From: an uncultured Aliarcobacter sp.
Lineage (GTDB): Bacteria; Campylobacterota; Campylobacteria; Campylobacterales; Arcobacteraceae
DNA length: 64,000 bases
Direction: 5' to 3'
Assembly: GCA_963677435.1 (NCBI GenBank)
Contig: OY781945.1
Span: 2,144,001-2,208,000 of the forward strand
Shown here: positions 48,342-58,537 of the stretch, in pieces
How positions within the stretch are numbered: position 1 is the stretch's first letter
How the letters are laid out: the number at the start of each line of letters is the position of its first letter
Program-made: the position numbers and the translations under genes
Notes under the pieces: generated by a model
Databases searched by the model: none
What the model was told of the DNA's origin: nothing
What the model saw: the letters and a program-made list of their open reading frames with translations, nothing else

Positions 48342-48937
48342 ATCAAACCTTTTAAAATCTTTGGATATGTTTTTTTGATAAATAATAGTAAAAACATAGA
48401 AACTAAACCTTCAATTACCATCATTATTATATTAACTGAAAATATACTATAAGCAGCCCATTCATACTCATCTTTTGAAAAATACAAAATAAGTACTAAA
48501 AACAAAGTTGCAAAAAATGCCCCTAAAAATCCTATTAAAAAAAATCTTATTTTTTCATTTATTTTCAAGAAAAGCTCTGCTTTATTTATATAAAAAACAA
48601 TCACAGCAGGTGCTGCCATAATAAATAGATTAACTCCAATGGAAACTACACCACCATAACCTAAAAGTAAAGCTTGTAGAACTAAAGCTATAAAAATAGA
48701 GATAAAACTTGTAAATCCTAAAAATATTCCTATTTCTCCCAAAAGAATTAGATGGATTTGAGTGACTCCAAAGGGAATATGAATAAAAGAGGCTATAAAA
48801 AACATAGCACTAGCAACTGCGGCAAGTGGTATTTCATCCTCTTTTATAGTTTTTATAGCTTTATATAAAGCAAACAAACTAACAGCTGAGACTACAGCTG
48901 TTGATTCAAGAGTTAAAACACCATCTGCTATGTGCAT
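48338..48937 (-). CDS. Ni/Co ECF substrate component (NikM/CbiM)
   Basis: Diagnostic N-terminus MHIADG, IHIP, HL.L.G, LQALL.GYGG...GVN, IEG. Confidence 0.9.
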   Translation of the reverse strand: MHIADGVLTLESTAVVSAVSLFALYKAIKTIKEDEIPLAAVASAMFFIASFIHIPFGVTQIHLILLGEIGIFLGFTSFISIFIALVLQALLLGYGGVVSIGVNLFIMAAPAVIVFYINKAELFLKINEKIRFFLIGFLGAFFATLFLVLILYFSKDEYEWAAYSIFSVNIIMMVIEGLVSMFLLLFIKKTYPKILKGLI

Positions 48938-48938
48938 T

Positions 48939-49661
48939 TTAGTAAGCCTTTACCCAAATTAAAGCACCATTTTCAACTGGATAACTTTTTCCATCTTTGT
49001 ATTTTAATTCACCCTCTTCTATTAAAGCTGCAAATCCCCACCAACCTTGATGATTCATTACAAATGAGAAAATTCCATTATCATCAGTTTTTACAACTTG
49101 TGTTATATGGGCATCATTTGGTGCTTTTAAACCAAATTCATTATATGCTTCAACTTCAACTTCTACATTAGCTGCTGGTTTTCCATCATGTAAAACTCTA
49201 CCTTGAAATAAGTTCCCAGAGTATAAACCAAAAGGTTTTACCATCGGAACAATCTCATATTTTAAGCCAATTGGCTCATCCCAACCATCTTCTAAACCAA
49301 AAGCACTAACTATCAACTTTGGAACATGAGAAATAAACTTTTCTTCTGCTGGTTCAAAATATGGCTGTGGTTGCACAAAAAATTTGTAAACACCAGGTGT
49401 TTTAACATCATAAGAGCTTGTCCAAGCTTTGTGATCAAATTTTGTTGTTTGTGTTAAGGCAAGTGAATTCTCTTTTGAATTTACAAAAACCTCAGGTTTT
49501 TCCATAACCATACCTGTTTGCTCAAAGGGATGAATAAATGATATATCCAAATTTACTTTTGACTCTTTTTGATTATTTATGTTGTCTGTATTTGCCATAA
49601 ATGTAAGGAAATGTGCATTTGCATAAATTGCCATAAGAGTAAGGAATATAACTTTTTTCAT
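48939..49661 (-). CDS. DUF4198 periplasmic protein (NikK-like)
   Basis: Signal peptide then AHF, HPFE, PYFEPAEEKFI, EIVP..KPFGL, TDDNG.F, GWWGFAAL. Confidence 0.85.
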   Translation of the reverse strand: MKKVIFLTLMAIYANAHFLTFMANTDNINNQKESKVNLDISFIHPFEQTGMVMEKPEVFVNSKENSLALTQTTKFDHKAWTSSYDVKTPGVYKFFVQPQPYFEPAEEKFISHVPKLIVSAFGLEDGWDEPIGLKYEIVPMVKPFGLYSGNLFQGRVLHDGKPAANVEVEVEAYNEFGLKAPNDAHITQVVKTDDNGIFSFVMNHQGWWGFAALIEEGELKYKDGKSYPVENGALIWVKAY

Positions 49662-49869
49662 TTTGTCTCCTAAATTTTTATTGATTATATTGACTTAGTA
49701 GTTATGACTATATAAATTTACATATTTCTTATATATATTTAGAACAAAAAAACTTCTATTTTAACTTAAATCTATATTAATTCTATCAAAATTAAAGTTA
49801 TTTTCTTAAGCTAAAGTTTTGCTTAAAGTTAGTAATATCTAATAATAATTTTTATAAAAAGGAGTAATT

Positions 49870-51852
49870 TTGCTAAGAAACATAACTACACGGGTAAAAC
49901 TAATGCTTTTACCTTTTGCTTTTATTTTCATTGTAATTATATCAGCTTTGATATTCAATTATTTTGATAGTGTTACGAAACAACAAACAAATGCTGCTAA
50001 TCAAACTGATTTGTTTATTCAACAAGTTCTAAAAGGAAGAATTTCTGTTTATCAGTTCTTACGAAATCCTGATGAATCAAAAGCACAAATAGTTAGAAAA
50101 GATTTTGAAGAGCTAAATAATAATGTTTTAGACTTACAATCAAAATTAAATTCTCAAGAGAATATTGAGTTATGTAATTTGATTATTAAAGAGTCAAAAA
50201 GCTATATTCAAAATTTTGATTTATTCGCTCAAAAAAGAATATCTGACTATAAAAATGGAATAGATAAAGAGACTCCTGAAATATTAGCTCTTATAAAAGA
50301 GATGGTTAATAGTGGATTAGAACTTGAAAAACAATTAAGTCATATAAATGAAAATGCAGTTGCCATGAAAAATGATGCAGTAAGTGCAATGAGTAGTGCT
50401 TTAATTTTAATAGCAATACTTGCAATTATCTTCTTTGTTGCATTTTCGCTTGTCTTATCTAATCAATTAATAACTTCAATTAATAACTTCCAACAAGGAT
50501 TATTAAATTTCTTTGGATATTTAAATAAAGAAACAAGTACTGTTGAAATGTTAGATGATAGAAATCATGATGAATTTGGAAGTATGGCAAGTGTTGTAAA
50601 TCAAAACATTGCAAAAACAAAAAGAACAATTGATTCTGACAATGTATTTTTAGAAGAGATTAATCAAATAGTTTTAACAATCAAAGAAGGTTTTTTAAGT
50701 AAAAGGCTTGATAATAAAACAGAATCTCAAAGTTTAGAAAGTCTAAGACATCATATTAATGATATGTTATTAAGTCTTCAACTAAGAGTTTGTACAAATA
50801 TTAATGATATTAGTTTTGCCCTTGAAAGATTTGCAAAACTTGATTTCACTCACAGAATAAAAGGCTGTAATAGTGGTGTTACAGTTGGATTAAACAATCT
50901 TGCTGATATTATAAATGATATGCTGGTAGAAAATAAATCAAATGGTTTAACACTAGGTGATAGCAGTCATATTCTTCTTAAAAATGTTGATACTTTAAAT
51001 GTAAATTCAAATGAAGCCGCTGCTGCATTAGAAGAAACTGCTGCTGCTGTTGAAGAGATTTCAAGTAATATTTCAAATAATACAAATAATATTGTAAAAA
51101 TGTCTCAATTAGCTTCAAGTGTAACAGATTCAGCTTCAAAAGGTGAGAGTTTGGCTAATCAAACAACAGAAGCTATGAATGAAATAGATAAAGAAGTAAA
51201 TGCAATAAATGAAGCAATAACAGTAATTGACCAAATTGCTTTCCAAACAAATATTCTTTCATTAAATGCAGCTGTTGAAGCTGCAACTGCTGGTGAAGCT
51301 GGAAAAGGATTTGCTGTTGTTGCAGCAGAAGTGCGAAATCTTGCATCTCGTTCAGCAGAAGCTGCTAAAGAGATTAAACTTCTTGTTGAAACAGCTACAA
51401 AAAAAGCTGACCAAGGTAAAAAAATATCAGAAGATATGATAAGTGGTTATAAAATGTTAAATGAAAATATTTCACTAACAATTGAGCTTATAAAAAATAT
51501 CGAAGGTTCTAGTAAAGAACAACTTGCTGGAATTGAGCAAATAAATGATGCTATTAACTCTCTTGATCAACAAACACAACAAAATGCTATGATTGCTACA
51601 CAAACATATGAAGTTGCTGTTCAAACAGATACTATAGCTAAATTGGTTGTTTCAAATGCAAATGCAAAAGAGTTTATAGGGAAAAATGATGTAAAAGCGA
51701 AAGTTGTAGAAAACAAATCTCTTCCTTCTAAAAAACAAATATCAAATAAAAGTAAAACTCCTTCTAAAAAAGTAGAAGCTTTTGCAAAAAATGATTCAAA
51801 AAAAGTAATATCATCAAATAGTAAAGATGAAGATGAATGGACAAGTTTTTAA
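49870..51852 (+). CDS. Methyl-accepting chemotaxis protein
   Basis: Two TMs flanking a periplasmic helical sensor; [41 protein letters not shown]-terminal EWTSF pentapeptide; TTG start after AAGGAG. Confidence 0.96.
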   Translation: MLRNITTRVKLMLLPFAFIFIVIISALIFNYFDSVTKQQTNAANQTDLFIQQVLKGRISVYQFLRNPDESKAQIVRKDFEELNNNVLDLQSKLNSQENIELCNLIIKESKSYIQNFDLFAQKRISDYKNGIDKETPEILALIKEMVNSGLELEKQLSHINENAVAMKNDAVSAMSSALILIAILAIIFFVAFSLVLSNQLITSINNFQQGLLNFFGYLNKETSTVEMLDDRNHDEFGSMASVVNQNIAKTKRTIDSDNVFLEEINQIVLTIKEGFLSKRLDNKTESQSLESLRHHINDMLLSLQLRVCTNINDISFALERFAKLDFTHRIKGCNSGVTVGLNNLADIINDMLVENKSNGLTLGDSSHILLKNVDTLNVNSNEAAAALEETAAAVEEISSNISNNTNNIVKMSQLASSVTDSASKGESLANQTTEAMNEIDKEVNAINEAITVIDQIAFQTNILSLNAAVEAATAGEAGKGFAVVAAEVRNLASRSAEAAKEIKLLVETATKKADQGKKISEDMISGYKMLNENISLTIELIKNIEGSSKEQLAGIEQINDAINSLDQQTQQNAMIATQTYEVAVQTDTIAKLVVSNANAKEFIGKNDVKAKVVENKSLPSKKQISNKSKTPSKKVEAFAKNDSKKVISSNSKDEDEWTSF

Positions 51853-51881
51853 CTTGTCTATTTAGAAGATAAAGGAAAATA

Positions 51882-52505
51882 ATGGAATTTAATATTTGGC
51901 TAACTATGTTTTTAGCTTCTATTGCAATTTCTGTTTCGCCAGGAGCTGGTGCAGTCGTTTCAATGAATTATGGTTTAAAATATGGTCTTAAAAAATCTTA
52001 CCCTGCAATTTTTGGATTACAAGTTGGATATATTACTCAAGCTTTTATTGTTGTAATTGGATTGGGTGCTATTATTGCAAAATCTGTTCTAATTTTTACA
52101 ATTATAAAATGGATTGGCGTTGCTTATTTAGTATATTTTGGTCTAAGTAAAATATTTGAAAAAGTTGAATTAGTTGAGGAAGAAGAACATTTAAATTCGT
52201 ATAATGCAAAAAAAGCCTTTTTAAATTCAAGTCTAATAAATCTAACAAATATCAAAGCAACAATTTTTTTAGTGGCATTTATTCCACAATTTATAAATCC
52301 TAATGAATCAATATTTTTACAATTTATTATTATTTCTGCAACATTATGTGCTGTTGATGTATTTGTAATGACTGGATACTCTTCTCTTGCTTCAAGATTA
52401 AGATTTTTATTAAAAAATGTAAAAGCAATAAAAATTCAAAATAGAATAACTGGAACTCTACTTATACTAGCTGCTATTTTTATGTCAAATGCAAAAAGAG
52501 CTTAA
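51882..52505 (+). CDS. LysE/RhtB family amino acid exporter
   Basis: SPGAG, IKWIGVAYLVYFG, NLTNIKA...AFIPQF. Confidence 0.9.
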   Translation: MEFNIWLTMFLASIAISVSPGAGAVVSMNYGLKYGLKKSYPAIFGLQVGYITQAFIVVIGLGAIIAKSVLIFTIIKWIGVAYLVYFGLSKIFEKVELVEEEEHLNSYNAKKAFLNSSLINLTNIKATIFLVAFIPQFINPNESIFLQFIIISATLCAVDVFVMTGYSSLASRLRFLLKNVKAIKIQNRITGTLLILAAIFMSNAKRA

Positions 52506-52513
52506 ATACAATA

Positions 52514-54382
52514 TTATTCATAAAACTTAATAGTATTTCTTCCCGATTCTTTAGCCTCATACATGGCTGAATCGGCACATTTGAAGATATTTATAGAACT
52601 CTCTTCTTCCCCTTTAAACATACATATTCCAATACTAGCTGTACAATTATGCTCAATATCTATATTTTCTTTATCTTCATTTATTATACAAAATTCATAA
52701 GGTTGAGCTAAATAAATTCTTATTTTTTCAACTACATTAAAAATGTTTTCTTTTGATATTTCTTTATCTTCATCAAATTCATCAAGTACTATTACAAACT
52801 CATCGCCACCAATTCTAGCAATTGCATCAAGTTTTCTAATATTACTTTTTAATCTATTGGCAACTTCAATTAATAATAAATCACCAACATTATGACCATA
52901 AGTATCATTTAATGGTTTGAAATTATCTAAGTCAATAAAAACTAAGGCACAATACTTTTGACTTCGTTCACTCTTAGACATTATAAAACTCATTTTATCA
53001 TCTAAAGAACGGCGATTTGGCAGTTTTGTTAAGGTATCACAATATGCTAATTGCTCTATTTTTTCTTGAAGTTCTTTTCGTTTTGTAATTTCTCTAGTAA
53101 TTCCATGATAACCAATAATATTTCCGTTGGCATCTACTTCTTGTTTTGATAAGATTTCTCCCCAAATTATAGAGCCATCTTTACATTTATGTTGAAGTTC
53201 GATACTCAAAGCTGGTAATTCAACACCTTTTTTTAATAATTCAAATCTTTCTTGTAACTTTTCTTTTAGAAGAAGAACACTTTCATCTGTAAATAATTCA
53301 AAAATATTACTACCAATTACTTCACTTGCTTTATAACCTCTAAACCGTTCATCAGCTGGACTTATATATGTAATTATAAAATTAGTATTTACTTTCCAAA
53401 TCACATCATTTACATCTTCTGTTAATTGTCTATAATGGGATTCACTCTCTTTTAGTTTATTTTCTATAATTTTACGCTGTGTTATTTCACTTCTTAATCT
53501 ATAAACCCAATAAATTATAATCAATAAAATAAACAATACAGCAAGGGCATAAATGAATATTGTTTTTACATTTATTCCACGATCAGCACTTAACCAATAA
53601 TTAAATGTATTTTGTATTTCATCTTCAGGCAAAGATTTTGCAGCTTTATTTAAAATACTCAAAAGCTCAGTATTATTTTTTGTAACTGCAAAACTTTGAT
53701 TACTTACATATTCAGTTTGTCCTGAAAAACGCAAATTTAGAAAATAATATTTTTTGATTATATAATCAGAAAGACCAACATCACCAACATAAGCATCTAC
53801 TTGGGATGAATTTACTAATTCTAAAGCTTGTTTTGTACTATCCACAACTTGTAGTTTTATATTTGGGTAATTTTCTCTTAAAATCTCTTCCATAAAATAA
53901 TTTTTTTCAACAGAGACTTTTTTATTATTTAGATATTTTAATCCTCCAATAAAACCATTATTTCCTCTGTCAATAATAATTACAGGACACTTTCTATAAA
54001 ATTCTGTAAAATCAAGATATTTTGATCTCTCAGGTGTTTGTACAATACTTGTAATCATATCAATTTCGCCATTTTTAGCCATATTTATGATTTCATTCCA
54101 CGATTTATTTTTAACTATTTGAAATTCTATACCTACAATCTTTTCAATTCTTTTCATGTAATCAACGGCAACACCTTTGTATTCACCATTTTCAAGCCAT
54201 TCATAAGGAGCATAATCTCTATCTACACCCACTTTTATTATTGGATGTTTCGAAATCCAATCTTTTTCATTTTGAGTTAAAACAAAAGGAGTTGAGTCTA
54301 ACTTTTCTAAAGCGAATAAAGTTACACTAAAAAAGAAGAGAAAGAAAAAGATTTGATAATTTTTAATTTTCATATTATTCAA
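52514..54382 (-). CDS. Diguanylate cyclase with periplasmic binding (PBPb) and PAS domains
   Basis: DYAPYE PBPb domain, TM, PAS (KDGS.IW), DTLTKLPNR, DLDNFK.LNDTYGH, RxxD I-site (RKLD), GGDEF. Confidence 0.93.
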   Translation of the reverse strand: MNNMKIKNYQIFFFLFFFSVTLFALEKLDSTPFVLTQNEKDWISKHPIIKVGVDRDYAPYEWLENGEYKGVAVDYMKRIEKIVGIEFQIVKNKSWNEIINMAKNGEIDMITSIVQTPERSKYLDFTEFYRKCPVIIIDRGNNGFIGGLKYLNNKKVSVEKNYFMEEILRENYPNIKLQVVDSTKQALELVNSSQVDAYVGDVGLSDYIIKKYYFLNLRFSGQTEYVSNQSFAVTKNNTELLSILNKAAKSLPEDEIQNTFNYWLSADRGINVKTIFIYALAVLFILLIIIYWVYRLRSEITQRKIIENKLKESESHYRQLTEDVNDVIWKVNTNFIITYISPADERFRGYKASEVIGSNIFELFTDESVLLLKEKLQERFELLKKGVELPALSIELQHKCKDGSIIWGEILSKQEVDANGNIIGYHGITREITKRKELQEKIEQLAYCDTLTKLPNRRSLDDKMSFIMSKSERSQKYCALVFIDLDNFKPLNDTYGHNVGDLLLIEVANRLKSNIRKLDAIARIGGDEFVIVLDEFDEDKEISKENIFNVVEKIRIYLAQPYEFCIINEDKENIDIEHNCTASIGICMFKGEEESSINIFKCADSAMYEAKESGRNTIKFYE

Positions 54383-54436
54383 AAGAAACCCCTTTTATTA
54401 GCCTTTTTCTAATTATATCCATAGCATGAATACTTT

Positions 54437-55684
54437 TTATAAACTTCTAGTTTTACCTGCTAGATTTCCGCTTGAAAAAGACCATTGAAGATTATATCCA
54501 CCGCAAGGTCCATCAATATTTACAACTTCTCCACAAAAATATAAACCAGAAATAAGCTTACTTTGCATAGTTTTCGAGTCAATTTCTTTGAGTTCAATAC
54601 CACCTCTTGTAATCATGGCATTTTTAAAACCTTCATGACCAGTAACTGTTAAAGGTGTCCAAGCTAAGGTTTTTATTAGCTTTTCTCTTTTTATTCCATC
54701 TATGTTTTTAAACTTCTCAGAACTATTTATTTCGCAAATATTACATATTTCAGTTGCCACACTTAAAGCTAAAAGTGTTGTTAGATTTTCTAAAACTGTG
54801 GCTGTTGGATTTTTTTCTATCTCTTTTTTAATATGTGTATAAATTTGCTCTTCATTCATACCTTTTAAAAAACTAATCAGTAAAGGCACTTCATTGTGTT
54901 TAGCTATTATTGGAGTTAATTCTCGAGCAAAATCTAAAACAACTGGCCCTCTTATTCCATTGTTTGTGAAAATCAAATCTCCAGTTAATTTTAGTTTTTT
55001 GTATTTTGGTAAATCAACTTTTAAAATAGCTTTAGCAATAGTATCAGCTTTACAAGCAGCAAAGTTTTTCTCTTTTGTAAATAGTGGCATCATTGCTGGA
55101 TGTAAAGAGGTAACTTCATGTCCAAACTCTTTAGCATAAATATATCCATCTCCAGTTGCTCCAAGGGTTGGATAACCTAAACCTCCAGTTGCTAGGATAA
55201 TATTTTTAGTTTTGTAAATATTAGATTGGCTATTTATGATAAAAATATCATCTTTCTTTTGAATAGTTTGAATTTCAACAGAACAATCAACTTTTACTTT
55301 TAATCTTTCTAGTTCATCATCCAAAGCTTTTAAAATAATAGAAGAACTATGATCTAAGGGAAATACTCTAAATCCATCTCGGGCAATTGTTTCAACTCCA
55401 ATGCTAGCAAAAAAATCTCTTAAATCATTTGCATTAAAAGCTTCTAAGGCATGGCTCATAAATCGGCCATTTTTACCAAATTTTCCCATAAACTCTTCAG
55501 TTGATAAAGTATTTGTGAGATTACATTTTCCACCACCAGTAGCTTTTAGTTTTGCTGCAATTTTTGAAAGTTTTTCTAGTAATAAAACGCTTTTTTTTTC
55601 TTTTGCTGCACTAATACTTGCCATTATTCCAGCAGGGCCACCACCTATTACAATTACATCAAAAACTCTATCTTTTTCTTCCAT
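54437..55684 (-). CDS. HI0933/YhiN (BaiN/RdsA) family flavoprotein
   Basis: IGGGPAG, TGGGKCNLTN, GFRVFP, ATGG..YP.LG.TGDGY, TRGG, GGYNLQ. Confidence 0.92.
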   Translation of the reverse strand: MEEKDRVFDVIVIGGGPAGIMASISAAKEKKSVLLLEKLSKIAAKLKATGGGKCNLTNTLSTEEFMGKFGKNGRFMSHALEAFNANDLRDFFASIGVETIARDGFRVFPLDHSSSIILKALDDELERLKVKVDCSVEIQTIQKKDDIFIINSQSNIYKTKNIILATGGLGYPTLGATGDGYIYAKEFGHEVTSLHPAMMPLFTKEKNFAACKADTIAKAILKVDLPKYKKLKLTGDLIFTNNGIRGPVVLDFARELTPIIAKHNEVPLLISFLKGMNEEQIYTHIKKEIEKNPTATVLENLTTLLALSVATEICNICEINSSEKFKNIDGIKREKLIKTLAWTPLTVTGHEGFKNAMITRGGIELKEIDSKTMQSKLISGLYFCGEVVNIDGPCGGYNLQWSFSSGNLAGKTRSL

Positions 55685-55753
55685 TAAACAACTTCTTTAT
55701 TAAATTTTCATATAGTATTATTTATTATATCTATTTTGTCATAAGGAAAATCT

Positions 55754-56578
55754 ATGAAAAAACCAATTATCTTTTCTTTGCTTCTGTGTTTAGGCTTTAC
55801 AGCTTGCGCAAATACAGCTGTTGATGACTATTTTAATACAAATAAAAATAGTTCAGAAAAACAGTATGAAGCATTTAGAAAAAATATTGCAAAACCCTTT
55901 GAAAATCAAACTCCAAAACAATGGGGAGAAAATGTTACAGGTGTAAAAACACATCTAAATATAAACGAAAAAGTAATCGCAATAACTATGGATGCTTGTG
56001 GAAGTCCACTTGGAATGGCTTATGATGAAAAGTTAGTTAATTTTTTAAAAAAAGAGAAAATTCCAGCGACTTTGTTTATTAATGCTAGATGGATAGATAA
56101 AAATCTTAAAACCTTCAAAGAGTTAGCAGCAAATCCACTATTTGAAATAGGAAATCATGGATTAGAACATAAACCAGCTTCTGTAAATGGAAAATCAATT
56201 TATAATATAAAAGGAACAAATTCGCCTGAAGAGTTAGTTGATGAAATAGAAATAAATGCTAGAAAAATAGAATCAATAACTCACAAAAGACCAAAATACT
56301 TCCGTTCTGGAACTGCATATTATGATGAAGTTGCTGTAAAAATTGCAAATAAATTAAATCATCAAGTTGTAGGATTTTCTATTCTAGGAGATGCGGGTGC
56401 AACTTTTTCAACTAAAAAAGTTGAAGAAGCATTTTTAAAGGCAAAAAAAGGTGAAATAGTAATTATTCATATGAATCATCCTACCTCAGATACGGCACAA
56501 GGAACGATAAATGCCATAACAAAACTAAAACAAAAAGGATTTAGATTTGTTTTATTATCTGATTATAAACTAAAATAA
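55754..56578 (+). CDS. Polysaccharide deacetylase family lipoprotein
   Basis: Lipobox FTAC; TMDAC, ATLF, NHGLEH, YFRSG, IIHMNH (NodB fold). Confidence 0.88.
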   Translation: MKKPIIFSLLLCLGFTACANTAVDDYFNTNKNSSEKQYEAFRKNIAKPFENQTPKQWGENVTGVKTHLNINEKVIAITMDACGSPLGMAYDEKLVNFLKKEKIPATLFINARWIDKNLKTFKELAANPLFEIGNHGLEHKPASVNGKSIYNIKGTNSPEELVDEIEINARKIESITHKRPKYFRSGTAYYDEVAVKIANKLNHQVVGFSILGDAGATFSTKKVEEAFLKAKKGEIVIIHMNHPTSDTAQGTINAITKLKQKGFRFVLLSDYKLK

Positions 56579-56637
56579 AATTTTATAATTTTTATTTATG
56601 ATAAAATAACAAAAAAAATTTACTGAGGAATATATAA

Positions 56638-57750
56638 ATGGCAGGATTTTTAGGATATCTATCTTTATTAACAGATGATATAAGCTCACTTGCAGGAAAA
56701 ACAGTAGCATCTGCAACAAAATCATTAGCAACTTCCCTTGATGATGTAGGATTACTTTTTGATGATATTGCAACTTACACAAAACTTGCAAGTATTAAAT
56801 CAACTGGTTTAGTGGTTGATGATTTAGCAGCAATTGCAAATTTTACAAATGACACAACATCTGATATTTTAAAAGCTGAATTGAAAAAAGCTAAAACGGT
56901 AAATGAATTTAGACAAAATATCGAAAAACTTGATGAACAAGCTCAAAAAAAGATTTTAAAAGAACTTGAAGGAATCAGACAACAAGCAATTCTTGAAGCA
57001 AAAAGAAAAGCAGCAGCAAGAGAACTTCCAATTGTTTATAAAATTGCAAAGGGAAGTTTAAAAAATAAAGTTATCATCATTCCTATTGTTTTACTTATGA
57101 GTTTTTTAGCACCTTGGCTAATCTCTCCTGTTCTAATTTTAGGAGGAATATATCTAGCATATGAAGGTGTTGAAAGTGTTTTAGAAAAAATTGGACATCA
57201 CAAAGAAATAAGTGAAGATAAAGAAACAATAAAAGAGTTATCAACTGAAAAACTTGAAGATGAAAAGGTAAAAGGCGCTATTAAAACAGATTTTATTTTA
57301 TCATTTGAGATTATTGTAATCACACTTAGTTTAGTTGAAGACACAAGCTTTTTAGCTAAGTTATCAGTTCTTGCATTAATTGGAATAATAACAACTGTTT
57401 TTGTATATGGAATAGTTGCTTTAATCATAAAACTTGATGACATTGGTTTTTATTTACAAGAAAAACAAAGTTTAGTTCTAAAAAAAATAGGTGATGGTTT
57501 CGTAAACTCAATGCCACATATTATAAAAACTATTGGAATAGTAGGAACAGTTGCTATGTTAGCAGTTGGTGGTGGAATTATTGTACATGAAACTCATATA
57601 TTTCACTCTTTTGATGAAGTATTAAAAGCTATTCCATTTGCAGAATTATTTGTTCAAATAGTATTTGGGGGAATTGTTGGATATATTGCAGTTAAAATAG
57701 TACCAATTATAGAGCCTATTTTTGCAAAATTCAAAAAAAGTAAGTCTTAA
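56638..57750 (+). CDS. DUF808 (YedI) family membrane protein with extra insert
   Basis: DDIA, G.V.DDLA, RELPIV.KIAKGS..NK, EK.KGAIKTDFILS.EI, VYG.VALI.KLDD.G, GT.AML.VGGGI. Confidence 0.9.
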   Translation: MAGFLGYLSLLTDDISSLAGKTVASATKSLATSLDDVGLLFDDIATYTKLASIKSTGLVVDDLAAIANFTNDTTSDILKAELKKAKTVNEFRQNIEKLDEQAQKKILKELEGIRQQAILEAKRKAAARELPIVYKIAKGSLKNKVIIIPIVLLMSFLAPWLISPVLILGGIYLAYEGVESVLEKIGHHKEISEDKETIKELSTEKLEDEKVKGAIKTDFILSFEIIVITLSLVEDTSFLAKLSVLALIGIITTVFVYGIVALIIKLDDIGFYLQEKQSLVLKKIGDGFVNSMPHIIKTIGIVGTVAMLAVGGGIIVHETHIFHSFDEVLKAIPFAELFVQIVFGGIVGYIAVKIVPIIEPIFAKFKKSKS

Positions 57751-57785
57751 TCATATCTGCTAAAATATATAACATTAGCAAAGTA

Positions 57786-57819
57786 AAGATAATCTTATTA
57801 AAATTCATAAGATTATCTT
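57786..57819. terminator. Hairpin between convergent genes
   Basis: aagataatcttat-N8-ataagattatctt. Confidence 0.55.
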
Positions 57820-57829
57820 AGCTAAATTC

Positions 57830-58537
57830 TTAAAAATCAACAATTAAAGAAGTTAAAAACTTTTTATCTGTATTTTCTTTATCAGTTTTGTTTGTATAAT
57901 CTATACTATAACTAACTCCTAAAGATAAATTTTGTGTCATTTTAACTCCGATTGAAGAATCACTTGTAGCAAAGTATTTATCGCCATCTTCAAAAGATCC
58001 TAAATAACTAATCATTTGTTTAAAATCTACAGTTGGGCTAAATCTATATTTGTAATTCAATTCAGTTTTTCCAGCTAAATAATTATCAGTTAAACCCGTA
58101 GTATATTTATCATAAGCATAATCTAAACCGCCTTGAATATCTATAGTTTGTATCTCATCTTCAAGTAATTTATATCCAAGTCCAGGCCCAATATTTAATC
58201 TATAATCATAATCTGACAACTCATCTTTTATATAACTAATTCCCATATAAGAGTATAGTTTTTCACTTATCATGTGATTATAATCTAACTCTAAATTATA
58301 TTTATTTGCAGAAGTGCTATTATCATTTTTATTGTATAAAACACTTCCTTTCGCTTTTATACTCTCTGTTTGGCTAAGGGCTGCTGTTCCTTGAAGTTTT
58401 GAAGAGAAAGTTGTTGTATTTGAATTCCCACTTGTTTGAACATAAGATAACTCTAAATGTTTATCTATATCCAAAGCATACGACATTGTTGAGAAAATTA
58501 TTAAGATACAAATTTTACTCACTATTTTTTTATTCAT
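57830..58537 (-). CDS. DUF481 family outer-membrane beta-barrel protein
   Basis: Signal peptide, TSGNS.T, G.GLGY, alternating beta strands, C-terminal Phe. Confidence 0.85.
   Translation of the reverse strand: MNKKIVSKICILIIFSTMSYALDIDKHLELSYVQTSGNSNTTTFSSKLQGTAALSQTESIKAKGSVLYNKNDNSTSANKYNLELDYNHMISEKLYSYMGISYIKDELSDYDYRLNIGPGLGYKLLEDEIQTIDIQGGLDYAYDKYTTGLTDNYLAGKTELNYKYRFSPTVDFKQMISYLGSFEDGDKYFATSDSSIGVKMTQNLSLGVSYSIDYTNKTDKENTDKKFLTSLIVDF

Noticed and set aside
49680..49730. NikR operator upstream of the nickel ECF operon (tatg...cata)
   Set aside because: Spacing fits neither the E. coli GTATGA-N16-TCATAC nor the H. pylori TRWYA-N15-TRWYA consensus.
49662..49869. Cobalamin or NiCo riboswitch ahead of the CbiM-like operon
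   Set aside because: The region is very AT-rich with no recognisable B12-box or multi-stem structure, and the -10 box lies close to the start codon.
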